From: Azolla caroliniana
Taxonomy: Eukaryota > Plantae > Polypodiophyta
Length of the DNA: 64,000 bases
Direction: 5' to 3'
NCBI GenBank assembly: GCA_043228905.1
Contig: JBHGNT010000105.1
Span: 22,331-86,330, forward strand
Part shown: one piece after another, positions 12,501 to 25,219 of the stretch
Numbering within the stretch: position 1 is the stretch's first letter
Layout of the letters: the number at the start of each line of letters is the position of its first letter
Position numbers and translations under genes: made by a program
Notes under the pieces: model-generated
What the model saw: only the letters and a program-made list of their open reading frames with translations
The model's database searches: none
What the model was told of the DNA's origin: nothing

Positions 12501-13596
12501 AATTAATCAAGATGGTTAGGTTTATTAACCAAATACAAAATCTGCAAATGTTTGGGGGTATGCTCTATATGTAAATAATGGACATCTATCTAGTTTCACT
12601 AAAAGTGTTATTAATATGTTGCTAACTAACGTCATAGGGTATTGGACTAGTTTACTTGTCCTGGGATTTGTATCGATTTCCAAAAGAGGGAAGACATATG
12701 AATGTCCACATTAGTATAGTAGCTAGTTAATAATGGATGGCATTTGTTAGGTAAGATGTGACAAAAGTAAGGACCACGAATAGTTTATGCGAAGATGGAT
12801 TGGATGACTTTAAGAATACGTCACATTCTATAAGTATGTCAATAGCACCACGACACTTTGATATACCATGCTATAGGTGGAGTAGTATTATCATCACATG
12901 TGTGCTTTAGAGACAACTTAATGGTCCTTTTGTTTACGTACATGTGTCAACGACAGCTCTATATGGGGTTTGAAGGATCATGCGTAAAGGAAGAGGGGTA
13001 ATTTCAACCGAGTGAGTGAAGGGTAGTATTGAGGGGGGGGGGGGGTAATTGGATAGATGGCATGGGAAGAGTTTTTGCTTGGTTCTCTTGTGTGGGACAT
13101 GTTTGAAGTACATTTGGCAACAAAAATACAATCAATCCGAAGGGGAAGGGGGGTATTTTAGGAATTAGGGTAAAGGCAAAGAAAAAGGGTATTTCTAGAA
13201 ATTGTCCTAAAAAGGGTTGGAACTTTGGGGAAACATGAAGGATTTTAGATGTGTTGCTTTTGTGAAGCTTTTTAGGGCTGAACAGAGCTGAACAGAGCTG
13301 AACAGAGAAGCGCAGAAAAGAACAGAGCAAATTGTATGTATGATGTACATATAGAGATTATTCATTCATTCATTGAATGCAAATGACCCACCTCACTCAT
13401 GGATTTATGAAAGTCGACACTACAAACAGAATTCTATTCTTCTGTCTTTGCTTTTCGAAAAGAAACACCATAAAATATCATGTGATGAAGAAATTGAAAT
13501 AATTTCCTTTCCTTCTCCTCCTTCTCAAAATTAAGTGGCTATAGATCAATCACCGAAGCAACAGACAGACAGTCACAGAGCTTTTGAAAAACTATA

Positions 13597-16222
13597 ATGG
13601 ATCGCCTCATGAACCTCATTTTCCTCTTCCTCTCCCTCCCCCTCGTTTCTCGTTCAGGTCTCTCTAAAATCAATTTAAAAACTCGCCCCTAAAACCCTAA
13701 CAATTGATTTATCTTCTATTTTCGCTTGCATTCAGTTTTATACAGATTCTCTGTGTCCCTTCATTTTCGCTTCTTCTTTCCTTCGTTTTAACTTGATCTT
13801 GAAATCGGGCTTACAAATTCCTTCTATACTCAAACATAGTTTTTATTTTTTACTTCAATTTGTACGCATTTAACTTCCTGTTTTTTTCCCCCCTTGATTT
13901 TAAATAGAACTGAACCCAAAACCCTAAAACTGTCCTTTTTCCCTTTATTATTTACACAGATTGTATCTTAGATCCATAATTCCATCTTAAACCCTACTTC
14001 CTTCATCACGGTTGTTTTCCTCCATTTAAAGTTTCACGGATTAAATCCAGAATTGTTTGTCTTTTTACTTGATGTTGGTCTATACTCTCATTGCATTACT
14101 GTTTTTGTTTGTAGTTAAAACTAAAACACATCATGCAAACCCCCACAGTTCTAGTACAGTTCTTACATATATATGAGTCATGACATTGGGGCCTAAAATT
14201 TAAAAAGAAAGAGCACAACAGTTGCATTCCTTTTTGCGGAGTCTCTATTGATCAAGACCTACTACCTAATAGGGATGTCTCTCTACAGTCATTTGACATA
14301 TTCTCCTCAAAGCATTTGATGGGTTTTCTATAGGATTTTTGCTTATTAGAGCACATTGACTTGTTATCAGGTTAAAGCCCTACTACCGACTCTCTGTTAA
14401 AGATTTTCTGACTATATGATCATTCTAAATGAGTCTGCATTATAGGGGCAATAGTAGTAAATTCTTACAACGGTGATTTCCATGTTATGGTAATTTTGAC
14501 ATATTTCAATCTTCAAATCCTCACAGATGAAATTATAGTGGTGGAAGGGGCAAGACCCCCTGCATTGTTTGTGTTTGGGGACTCCTATGCAGACACAGGG
14601 AACCATGACAAACAAAACCCTAATTTGTCACAACCTTGGAAAGCGCCTTATGGCCATACTTGGCCCGGGAGTCCAGCCGGCCGGTTCTCGGATGGCTTCG
14701 TGCTCACCGATTACATCGGTAACTTCTCTTTTATTCCCCTTCAAGTACATATTATCATGAAGAAACCGTTATATCCATACCTTCCTAGGTAACTAGGAGT
14801 CAATTCATGCAGACTAAAAAATTTGAACTAGGAGACAAATTTGAACTTACTGGACATATCCCCAAATTCTGTTCCTCCACTTGTTGAAACCTGCTGATGG
14901 TATATATTGTATGCATGTGAAGAAGAGACAAAGGAATGTTTTAATTTGGGCTCCTGATTGAGGTGACATTTCTTGTTTAAACTGCAGCAAGATTTCTGAA
15001 TCTACCATCGCCAGCAGCATTCCGATCGTTGCCCGAAGGAGAGATGCTGGAAACCGGAGTGAATTTCGCATACGGCGGAAGTGGGCTCTTCGACACCTAC
15101 GGCCCCGATTTCGTCAACATCAGTACGCAAATCGATCAGTTCCAGCAAATCTCAAGCGGCAAGCCCATCGATTACCAGAACTCTTTGGTGCTCTTTGTAT
15201 ATGGTGGTAATGACTACAGCACCCACATTCAAAAATCTGGTCGAAAGGTATGGGGTTCCTTTTTCTGTTTTTTATTTTCCAAAATATGTAATCCATATGT
15301 CTCTCTATTCATCTCACTGAATCGAATCACACATGTGTTGGGGTGGGGGGCCAAGGCCATCTACACTATTCAGATTTGTATTGAGATAGGTTCGTAAGTT
15401 TGGAACCCTTTTGCCTCAGTAAATTTAAACCTCACTTAATGACGCCAATCTACTCTATTCAGATTTGTATTGGGATATATAGGTCCCTAAGTTTGGAACC
15501 CTCTTGCCTCAGTAAATTTACCACACTTAATGGGGCCAATCTACTCTATTCAGCTTTGTATTGGGATATATAGGTCCCTAAGTTTAGAACCCTGCCAATC
15601 TCATTTCAGGGCATACCTTTCCTCATCACAAGAGTGGTGAGCCGAATGTCGACGGAGCTCATGAGGTTGCACGACATTGGATTCCGCAGGTTTGCCATCA
15701 CAAACTTGGAGCCTGCGGGTTGCTTGCCATTCATCACCACACCGAAGAGCATGGCTAACTGTAGCCGGACGGACAACGTGCTGAGCTCGGTCCATAACCG
15801 CATCCTCGCGCAAATGCTCGTCACAATGCGCACGTTCCGTGGTCGCGACTCTAAGTACATCATCTTGGATCAATACAAGACCTTCCTTGACGTGCTCTCG
15901 TCGAGCTCTGACTACGGTAAATCCTTCTAGATGATTTGTCATATAATCTACTTTTGCCTCCATGTCGTTGTAAAAGAAACAAACAATCTTAGCAAGTCTT
16001 GTGGTGCCAGGTTTTTCTAAGGACGTAGTATTACAATCATGTTGTCAAGGTATGGAGAAGGGAGCAAAGTGTGGAAGTGTGGATGATCAAGGGAAACCCC
16101 TCTACTCGGTTTGTCCGGATTCCACCCGAATCTTTTTTTGGGATGGTGCCCATCCCACCCAAGCTGGATGGGACGCAGTTACCCAACACTATCAAAGCCA
16201 AATCATTGATTCCTTCAATTAA
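13597..16222 (+). CDS. Secreted GDSL esterase/lipase (SGNH hydrolase)
   Basis: Exons 13597-13657 (signal peptide MDRLMNLIFLFLSLPL), 14527-14718 (FVFGDSYADTGN, GRFSDG), 14988-15247 (GVNFAYGGSG, GGNDY), 15610-15916 (PAGCLP) and 16011-16222 (CC..FFWDGAHPTQAG). Phases are consistent. Confidence 0.95.
15357..15600. repeat. ~89-bp tandem repeat (about 2.7 copies) in GDSL intron 3
   Basis: The unit ccaatctactctattcagatttgtattgggatatataggtccctaagtttggaaccc... starts at ~15357, 15445 and 15535. Confidence 0.88.
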
Positions 16223-18111
16223 TCCTTCTCAATTCTACAATGAAAGGATAGGAGTTGCTTGTATGCACATGCCGAGGTCTATTATCCTCCCCCGCATCTA
16301 CATTGTATAAAAGATAATGATAAAAGGGTCTTGGTTTCCCTACCTTTCAACAAACCGCCAAATATAGTTTTTTTCTGAAGTAAAAAGGTATCTCTTTTCC
16401 GTGTTGGTATCTTGAACCACAATAGTTAATCGATCTTTATGAGGAAATTTTCCTTCGATATATTTTTCTTCTTCTTTGAGGTGAGGTTTTGAAGTTAATG
16501 TTGAATGTGTGGCATAAACAAAGGAAAACATAATCTCGAAATTTAGTAGTTGATGTCTCAATTGAAGATTGGAATCAAGCCACTCCAAAACTTGTAATGC
16601 TACTTCAACCAACTAAACCAGAATAACAACCAAAACGTTTTTGTGGGGTGGTGCCAATAATAAAACCATAAAGCTCAAGCAAGCAAAATAAATTAACAAT
16701 ACAAATGGGTGCTACCAAAATATTCTATGAGATCCAAGTATGTTCTTGAATTTGTTCTTTTTTTAAAAAGCAATTGCAACTTGTTGGCAAAACTAGGCAA
16801 AAATTTCCAAGACAAACATCATCTAGGTTTTAACCTTATGAATGAATATTTCCAAGAAGTTCTAACTAGAAATTGATATGTCACTGTAGCCATACCATCA
16901 TCTTGAGTTTATTCTTGTGAATGAATGCAACAAGGTTGGTTGTAACTACATACAAATTGAGATGCCAATCAGGTTTTCTCGCACCCATATCAAACAATAC
17001 AACTTCAATATAGAGTTCTTCACATTTGAACTAAACTAAATAAAAATTTACCTGTGGAAGTTGAGATAGGTTGAATTTCTTTTGATTCTTGTATAAATCT
17101 AAAATTTTAATAGGTTGAAATAGCATTAATAGACCAATGTATATATAGACTGTAGCAAGAGATTGAGATAGATTGGAACCTTTGAAACCTGCAACGCTCA
17201 ATGTTATGCTTAAGAATTTTGCAACGATGATAAAAAGTAGCTTTATGAACTTCACTTACATATCGTTTCAGAAACAATTAAGTCTTTGGATAGCTTTACA
17301 TGAGACAAATGACAAAGGTCACACAATATGCTTCAATGACATCAGGTGGTTATATAAATCGTCTTGGCCCACATCATCAAAACGTGGACTAAAGTGATAA
17401 AGTTAGTACTTGTACCACCCCTTGGAAGATGATGAAAACAAGGATTACTATCTGGATTCAGTCATTCAGGTGGATAAAGTGGTTACTTTCATTTAAAATA
17501 AACCAGCTACAACCTGGGAGATTAGCAGAAAAACAGGCTTACAATAGATGGAGGCCTGGATATTCCACTCAAGTAGAAAAGAGGCGTTTCTATCAAATAG
17601 GTTTAATGGACGTACGTTCCTGAGTATTAAAAGTTTAAGAAGAAAGAGAGCTTCATTGCATTGTGGGTGATGTGGAACAACATAAGAAATTCCTTACATT
17701 TTCTCTTACCAAAGCATTTACATACAAGGACGTTCTTGTGCATCACTTTCAATTAAAATGAGGGGCTCAAAGTTTGTGAATTCCTTTGGTGGTTTGAACA
17801 GATTCCCTATAGCTTATCAAGAAAAGGTTATTTCACCCAAATGATCAGATTTTAGGCAAATCTAAGTTAGAACTTAGGAGCACTGATCTATCATTGATTA
17901 ATCATGTCTCTTACCACAAAATATTCAGATATATGTTATAATAAAAGGCCTTCGTCCATACAACTCACATCCATAGGGTGGATCTAGCAGCTTCAACACA
18001 AAAAGAAGGCCATCAAAAAAAGAGCCTAAATAGTAAACGGGAAGGGGGGGTTACCGAAGGTTCAAATAGAATGATTTTCCAAAATAGAACAATGGTCGGA
18101 GAAACAAATCT

Positions 18112-20454
18112 TTATGAGTAGGAAGCCATATTCACACCAGCTTCTCTATTAAACTGGTTCTTCCAAGATCCTCCTTGAGCTTTTGAATGGCAGAGATAAT
18201 AAGCAATACTGAGGATAAATGTGAAGAAAGTGAATGCTACACCCGAAGCAAAAGTATCTTTGCGAATTGCCCCACATGATATATCAGTGACTGCAAAATA
18301 TGAAAAATATCTTATATGTTTGGCATTCTGTACTGCTCCTGCTAAATAGCACGCTCCAGCAATGATAAAAGATACCCTGGATCATTGAAAAACCACAGTT
18401 AAAACCATTTGTGAAGATCTAAGGGAATCTGCCATATAGCCCAGAATTCTATGCACAATTGTTTCTAAACTATATTGCGCCTATCAAGAGAGCATTATTA
18501 CAATCCAAATTTCAAATTAGGTACAATGTGAAGGAATAAGGAATGAGATCATGACTTCTAACATATCTCAGGTAGAGAATCTCAAAAACTATGTTTGGTA
18601 CATATTTACAATCTATTACTCTGATGACTTCATGCGTGTCACTGTGGAGTAAATATGAAAGTTAAAGAGAATGTCGGGATTTGTAACTGCCTCACAAAGT
18701 AAATACGTAAGGCATAAAGAAGTTAAGGAAGTACATTTATCCGGGCATGGCCTCTCACATTATATTTTTCTTTCGGAAGTAAACAAATAATGTCGCTTAG
18801 TATTAGAACAGATTTCAAAGATGAACTAAGGATTATCAAATCGTAATGAAATGTATTCTCCTGGCGGATCCAATACATGATGGTAAATGCAAACGAAAGA
18901 ACTTCAACAGTCTAACTTCAAAGAGAAACCAAAGATTACAAATTCAGAATAAAGAAAGAGAAAGACATCACAAGCTCATCTTCCTACATGGCGAAATGCA
19001 TGATGTTAAATCCAAGGAGCAGCAGTAAAGACAAATAACAACATATTTTGAGAGAGAGAGAGAGAGACAATAAAGATTATGAGTAGAGGATGAGTAAAAC
19101 AATGGCAAACAAGCATACTCCCAAAAGGATGAAATACGTCAACAAATACCAGAAAAGAACAGGTTTTCAGAGAGAAGGGGAGAGAGTAACGATGTATTAC
19201 CAGTTGAGGATGAAGAAAATGATAGCAAAAGCTCGAGCTCCCCCAGGTTTAAGCGGATTCCCACAGCAAAGACATCGTGTTGCAGCCCCAATAATCACTT
19301 GGCTAGTTAAGAGGAACAATAAGGCTCCAACACTCAATCCAGAAGCTATATCAGATGAATAATAACACCAGTGGTGAGTACTTGTATCATCATTTTGTGG
19401 CACACCCTGCAAGAAATTCGGAAAAGAATGGGGTTGAAAACCTCATATCAGGAACATGGATTTCATACTTGTAGCTGCCACATCTTGGGTTAAAATAAGT
19501 AGCTTTTAGATTTAGTTGTTATTCACAGATACTATGAGAAGATCATAGACTCCCGTACAACACACAGAAGATATCAGAATATAGAACCCAACTGAATTCA
19601 CAACTAAAATAGGTTAGCTTCATGTACATGGAGCGTGTGTAAAAAGTACGAAGTTAACTCCCTGCACATTGATAACCATAAAACAAGATAGTTCTGTATT
19701 TAGTGGTAAAACATTCAGTGTTAGGGTTTTCCCTGCACATAAAGCATGTATAACATGTACAACGACCACAAATAATGCTTTTCTCCATGCATGAAGACTA
19801 TCTAGTAGCTGTAATACAAATTTAGCTAGAAACTGGCCGAATTGAAGGCTTGGATACGGGAGCAAAATAAATTTTTTTTCTATGCCCACCAAGAATAATC
19901 AACTGTTTACATTTCTCGTTTGGTAGTAAGAAATCTAGCAATATTAAGGTGTAATAAAAACGGGCGAAGTTGATGCTCATTTCCCCTTCAGAAGGGGAAG
20001 AAACCAGCAATACTAGAAGCTCATAATGCCTGATAGTCGTAAGTAGCTCTAAAACCTAAGGACATAAACACGTAGAAATCAGGAAATATAGTTACTTCTG
20101 ATTTACATAAGTAGCTCTAAAAACTCAGATGTGGCGATTAACTCTCTGAGACAAAAAAAAAAAAACAGTAAAGGAGGAAAGGAAACCAAGAGATCTAGTT
20201 AGAAAGACAAACGTTGCTGAAATTTTTAGCAAAGAAACTGCAGAACTTGAAAAAGAAAAAGGCGAGAAGAGTTCCTTTAAACTCATAAGTCAGGAAAAGA
20301 AACGGAAAGGAAGAGAAAAGGAGGAAGGAAGGTGGGAGAGAGAGAGAGAGAGAGAGGTTACAGTGGCGCGTCTCTGCACTGCTCCGATGCCGAGTCCGAA
20401 GGCGATGAGGTCGAGGATGAAAACCAAGACGATGACGAGCGTAGTAGAAGCCAT
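18112..20454 (-). CDS. DUF1218 family membrane protein (Fb34 / MODIFYING WALL LIGNIN-like)
   Basis: Exons 20362-20454 (MASTTLVIVLVFILDLIAFGLGIGAVQRRAT), 19201-19406 (WCYYSSDIASGLSVGA..RCLCCG..PGGARAFAI..W) and 18112-18376 (IAGACYLAGAVQNAKH..SCGAIRKDTFASG..YY). Introns are GT-AG with consistent phase. Confidence 0.92.
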
Positions 20455-20913
20455 GGAGCTTTAATGGAGACCTTCAGACTCGAAACCACGCCGCCGTCAG
20501 AGCGAGATCGTCTTGTGCGAGCGACGCAGCTTTAATGGAGACCTTCAGGCTGAGATACCACAGTATGTATGTATATGAGAGAGAGAGAGAGAGAGATCGT
20601 TCCCGCTCGAAAGGAGAATTTATTTACTACTTATTTTTTTCTCATTTGTTATTTCTTATTTTGATATCTATATTTATTATTAATGATGATTTATTATTTA
20701 TTATCTATAAACTTCATTATTCTACTTTTTTGGCTTTATATAAATACATATGTATGTAGACGTAATACAGATATGTATTTATGCTATTTCTTATTTGATG
20801 TCTTTATTCATTATTCTTTATTATTTACTATTTATTGTTTATTATTTATTATTGTTTATTATTTATTATTGTTTATTATTTATTATTTATTATTTATTAT
20901 TGCTTATTATTTT

Positions 20914-21225
20914 GGCAAAAGTACCATGATACCCCTGGAGGTTCGTCTATTTACCAGAATGCCCCTGGAAGTTCCAAATTTACCAAACTATCCCTATGTC
21001 TAAAAAATTACACTTTATAAAGTAATTATACACTCAAATCTACAAGCCCTATTTACCAAAGATGAAAGAAATGGACCCGCACTAGCCCTATTTACCAAAT
21101 ATTTGAGTATATAGTTAATTTATAAAGTGTAATTTTTTGGACATAGGGGTAGTTTGGTAAATTTGGAACTTCCAAGGGCATTCTGGTAAATAGACGAACC
21201 TCCAAGGGTATCATGGTATTTTCCC
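20914..21225. mobile_element. Non-autonomous Mutator-like MITE with ~107-bp TIRs
   Basis: Left TIR 20914-~21021 (ggcaaaagtaccatgatacccctggagg...) and right TIR ~21119-21225 are reverse complements. Flanks are tattatttt and tattattta, an 8-9 bp TSD. Termini are GG..CC. Confidence 0.88.
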
Positions 21226-22244
21226 TATTATTTATTATTTACAATTCGTTATTTATAATCTTGATCATTCTACTTTTGCTTTCTCCTTTTCGCTTTATAA
21301 ATATAAAGATATTTAGCTTTTCTTATTTATTCCCCCACTCCACCACCACCACCCACCAACAACAAACAACAAAATGAATGAATAAATATACATATGTAGA
21401 TCGATCGATCGATCGATAAAGAATAAGAGGGCCCCCTTCCCACGGCCTCGTTTTCACACCCTTTCAGCCTTGTGCACAAAAGAAGAAGAAGCATAAGCTC
21501 TGGGCCAATGTTCGTCCTTTATCTCTCTTTACGAGTGTACGGTCCGGTCTTTCGCTCTCCGTTTTGTTTCTGATGTGAACTTGTCGGCAATCTCCTTTTG
21601 TAGTGAAATTCCAAAAGAAATGTGTGTGTCTTATGACAGTGATGAGTAGTGCCTATTACAGAATGAACATAGATAGATAGATAGATAGCATTAAAACCCA
21701 TTTTTAGATAGAAAACCTAAATTTTGAAAAGGATAGTGGGAACGATCTCCCACCACACTAAGTTTCTTTTAGAGGGAACAATCCTCTTTGCCCTGTGAAA
21801 TGGGAAACTTCTCTTTTACATCGTAAGCTCGTGAACATGAGACTTGAGAGTTTAGTGTTTTCCTTGCATGAGTCTTCAATCTGTGTCGAACATAATGTGG
21901 CTTGAAAAAAGTCAAGCACATTTTTCGGCTTTAGTGAAACTTTACCATGGATATACCAACAAAATTTACCATGGTTGCCTTGCCTATGTAGTGCACACCT
22001 CATGGTGAGCTTTAGACCATACATCATTTACTTCCCAAACTTGTGTATTAAATGTAAAAATATTAATCAAAGGTTTTTTTCCTTGCATTTTTTCTCCTAT
22101 TGCTAAAGTTGTTAGGTCCTTTCCAAACAACTCAGGTAGCAAATGATGCATGTTTGCCACTAGTGTGACAAGTCCCCTAGATAAGTAGGAAAATGTTGGT
22201 AATTTAATGAGCAAACGAGGAGAATAGTGTCATTTTGTTTTTGT

Positions 22245-23040
22245 AGGTACACGATTTTGGTGGTAAATTAGCTAGAGTGAGATGGTTGATGTGGATTAAT
22301 GAAGCACGATTCATGTTTTTTATAAGAATGAGTGTTGGAGGTGTGGGGGTTGAAGCATAGTCTCTTCAAAAGAGTAGACTCATTTAGTTGTTTGTATGTA
22401 CAAGATTTTGGCGGTAATCAACAAGAAGTTTGATGTGGACTTGATGAAGCAAAATGGATGTTTTTTATAAGGATGAGTGATGGTGGTGTGGGGGTTGAAG
22501 CATAGTCTATTCATAAGCTTAGACTCGTTTAGTTGTTTGTATGTACAGGTATTGGCAGTAATCGGCGAGAAGTTTTATGTGGACTTGATAAAGCAAAATG
22601 TATGTTTTTGGATAAGGATCAGTGATGAGGGTGTGGGGAGCAAAGCATACTCTCTTGAGGGGATGAGGAAACACGACTCATTGTATTGTTGTATGTGCAA
22701 GATTTTGGTGGTATTCAGTGAGATGGATGATGTGGACTTAATGAAGTAGAATTGATGTTTTGGATAAGGACGAGTGATGATGGTGTGGAGGTCGAAGCAT
22801 ATTCATATGAGAATATGAGGAATTTAGACATATTTTATTGTTTATGTGTAAGAATTTGGTGGTATTCAACGAGATGGTTGATGAGGACTTAACGAAGCAG
22901 GTTTTATGTTTTTTATAAGGACGAGTGATGATGGTATGGGGACCGAAGAATAAGCTCACGAGGAGAGGAGGGAACTTTACTTAAATTGTTGTTGTATGTA
23001 CAAGGATTTGGTGGTAATCTGGCAAGATGGTTGACGTAGA
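22245..23040. repeat. Diverged minisatellite array, ~145-150 bp unit, about 5.5 copies
   Basis: The motif gatgtggactt.atgaagca..tgtttttt.ataagga.gagtgatg.tggtgtggggg..gaagcata..gttgtttgtatgtacaagattttgg recurs at ~22288, 22432, 22578, 22729, 22881 and 23033. Confidence 0.85.
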
Positions 23041-23070
23041 AAGAGGAAGCATAATTGTTGTTTTTCAATC

Positions 23071-23303
23071 ACAAATGTGAAAAGTGATTCTCTTGAAAAA
23101 CCAAACAACATAGTTGGTCGCCTTCAAATCCAAGATGTACATGCATGGAATACAATGTTATCTACCTTGAGAGCTTGTGGTAGCATTTGTTTTTTTTAAT
23201 AAAGATTATGTTGAACAAGAGCAGGTTGAAGAAGTATTGAATGGCTCATAATTATGCCCAAAGAGGGTTTGTTTCCAAATAGAGCTACTTTCATTGTTGT
23301 CTA
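23071..23303 (+). pseudogene. PLS-class pentatricopeptide repeat (PPR) gene fragment
   Basis: Fragments NVKSDSLEKPNNIVGRLQIQDVHAWNTML, TLRACGSI, DYVEQEQVEEVL and MPKEGLFPNRATFIVV match plant PPR P/L/S motif consensus. They are broken by stops and frameshifts. Confidence 0.7.
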
Positions 23304-24924
23304 TGGATATGAATACCTTGGAATGTGTCTAGGGAATAGATTGTAATTACTAGGTTGTTTTCTCTATGTTGGAGTACATAGATTTGTTTCCTCGACCATT
23401 GTCTTACACAAGAGGGCTTGGGAAAAAATACTTTGTATGTTGTAACCATTATGATCTTTCTATATAACCAATGGAAGGACATTTTGTTTTGACAAAAAAA
23501 AGGTAGGAAAATGTTGTCCCAGCACTAATGAAACAAGTTCATAATCAATCATATAAAAAGAGTGAAGCCTTCTCTCGTTTTCAAAACAAACACCTAAGAT
23601 GTAGACATTAACGACATCGAATAATGGCCATAGGTTATTTGTGTTATGGCATATTTCCCTAATTCAATGTGATGATGGCTACACTATAAACCCCATTTCA
23701 ATGAACCTACTTGAATGCTATGATTGCATGTATAAAACATCAACATAGAGCATGACACAAATTTTGCCTTTTTCTTTGGAATGAAGAAAACAGGATTCCT
23801 CGAGCTGCTTGTTGATTCACCGCAATGGGTATGTGGCAATCAACTACACTCTATACATCATCATGATTTACCCTCTTTGCAATCCAATTTTTGTTGCCCT
23901 TGTAACTAATAAAAGTATGTTGCATCTCTATGGTTATGATGTATTGTCTATATAACGTTGATTGTGTTTGTGATTGCTTGACATTGGTAGTGGATACCTT
24001 GCATTGACACATAAGATCATGGTATTCTCATTGTAGTTTTTATTTGGACACACAACCATATCTACTGAACCTCCTTAAACCTATAAAAAAAATTATCATT
24101 CAAATCTTTGTTATTTTGTTGCAATCATGTTTAGTTTTGTTGTTTAAAAAGAGCAAAAGTACTGGGATTTATATATTTGGAAACCCATAAGTAAATGTCG
24201 AGACAAAACTAGATGATAATAATAGCTGGTTAACATTCATATACAAATAGACATTCGGTTTAGTGTGCACTGAGGGGTTTTCTAAAACATTTTAGGGGTT
24301 TTGGAAATTTTTAGGGTTTTCTGAAATATTTCCTTCTGTGCTCTAATCATACAATTCTTTGATAAGAAAAGTGATCAATGTACGTGATATAATTGACTTG
24401 AAACGTTTCTGGTTTCAGCATACATACTCTTCAATTTCTTTCTCGATTCTAAATTACCTTTAGTTTTCGCCTTTTTGCTATGTCAGAGGGATACATTCAT
24501 TATGCAACAAAACTAATAAACTTCCTTGGATGTGATGAGTTTTTTTCTTGCGTTTTCTTCCTAGTGGCGGCAAGTTTGAGGAATTGAAGTGCAGATGGAG
24601 GAGAGAGAAAAAGAGAGTGGGGGAGCAATGGACAAATCACAAGCAGCAACTTCTGCCATCTTTGAGAATAAACAAGATGCATAGGAAGAGAGAGGGAAGG
24701 AGAGAGGTTTTCTTCATGCAAGAAAATAGCATGCACGCACGCACGCACGCACGCGGCACAAGCACACACAAAAATAGAAGGACAATAGATGGAAGTTTTG
24801 TTGCACATGGAGAAGGAGAGCTCACGTTCACGATCGATCATTGCACAAACTTGACTATTCACAATCATCAAGAATTGTTTGCCCTTCTTTGTGTATGTTC
24901 GTTAATCAAGAATCAAAATCACAT

Positions 24925-25219
24925 CACCAACATACATGTGGTACCTAAAAAGGGTGGTTTGTGCCCATAAGTGACGACGACGAAGATGGTGACGGTGACA
25001 ACAATGACGGTTTCGACGATGAAGAAGGTACAATGTAGCCTGTCTACGAGTCTCATCATATCTTAGAGGTCATCCTGTGCATGTATCTCACTCGTACCAT
25101 TCGGTACACCCCCTGATGGACTATTTACTGCTAATAAAACATGACTTCGCGTGAGTTGTAGCCTTCGGGCAAGCCAAAGATAAAAAATACTAAAGTAGTA
25201 TAAAAAAAAGAAATAAAAA
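24925..25219 (+). mobile_element. 5'-truncated retroposed insertion (LINE 3' end, SINE or retrocopy) with TSD and A-rich tail
   Basis: An exact 17-bp TSD aagaatcaaaatcacat is at 24908-24924 and 25220-25236. AATAAA is at 25133 and the A-rich tail at ~25200-25219. The insert carries the end of an acidic ORF (SDDDEDGDGDNNDGFDDEEGTM*). Confidence 0.8.

Noticed and set aside
11340-13330. Possible hAT/copia remnants and a polypurine tract (ttgagggggg at ~13029)
   Set aside because: Too degraded to assign a family or boundaries; no partner LTR found.
21580-21630. miR399-like sequence ggcaatctccttttgta with a nearby partial complement
   Set aside because: Several mismatches plus a gap relative to the miR399 site, and the stem is too short and weak.
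22245-23040. Regularly spaced repeats as a CRISPR array
   Set aside because: Eukaryotic context, whole units are homologous with no unique spacers, and there are no cas genes.
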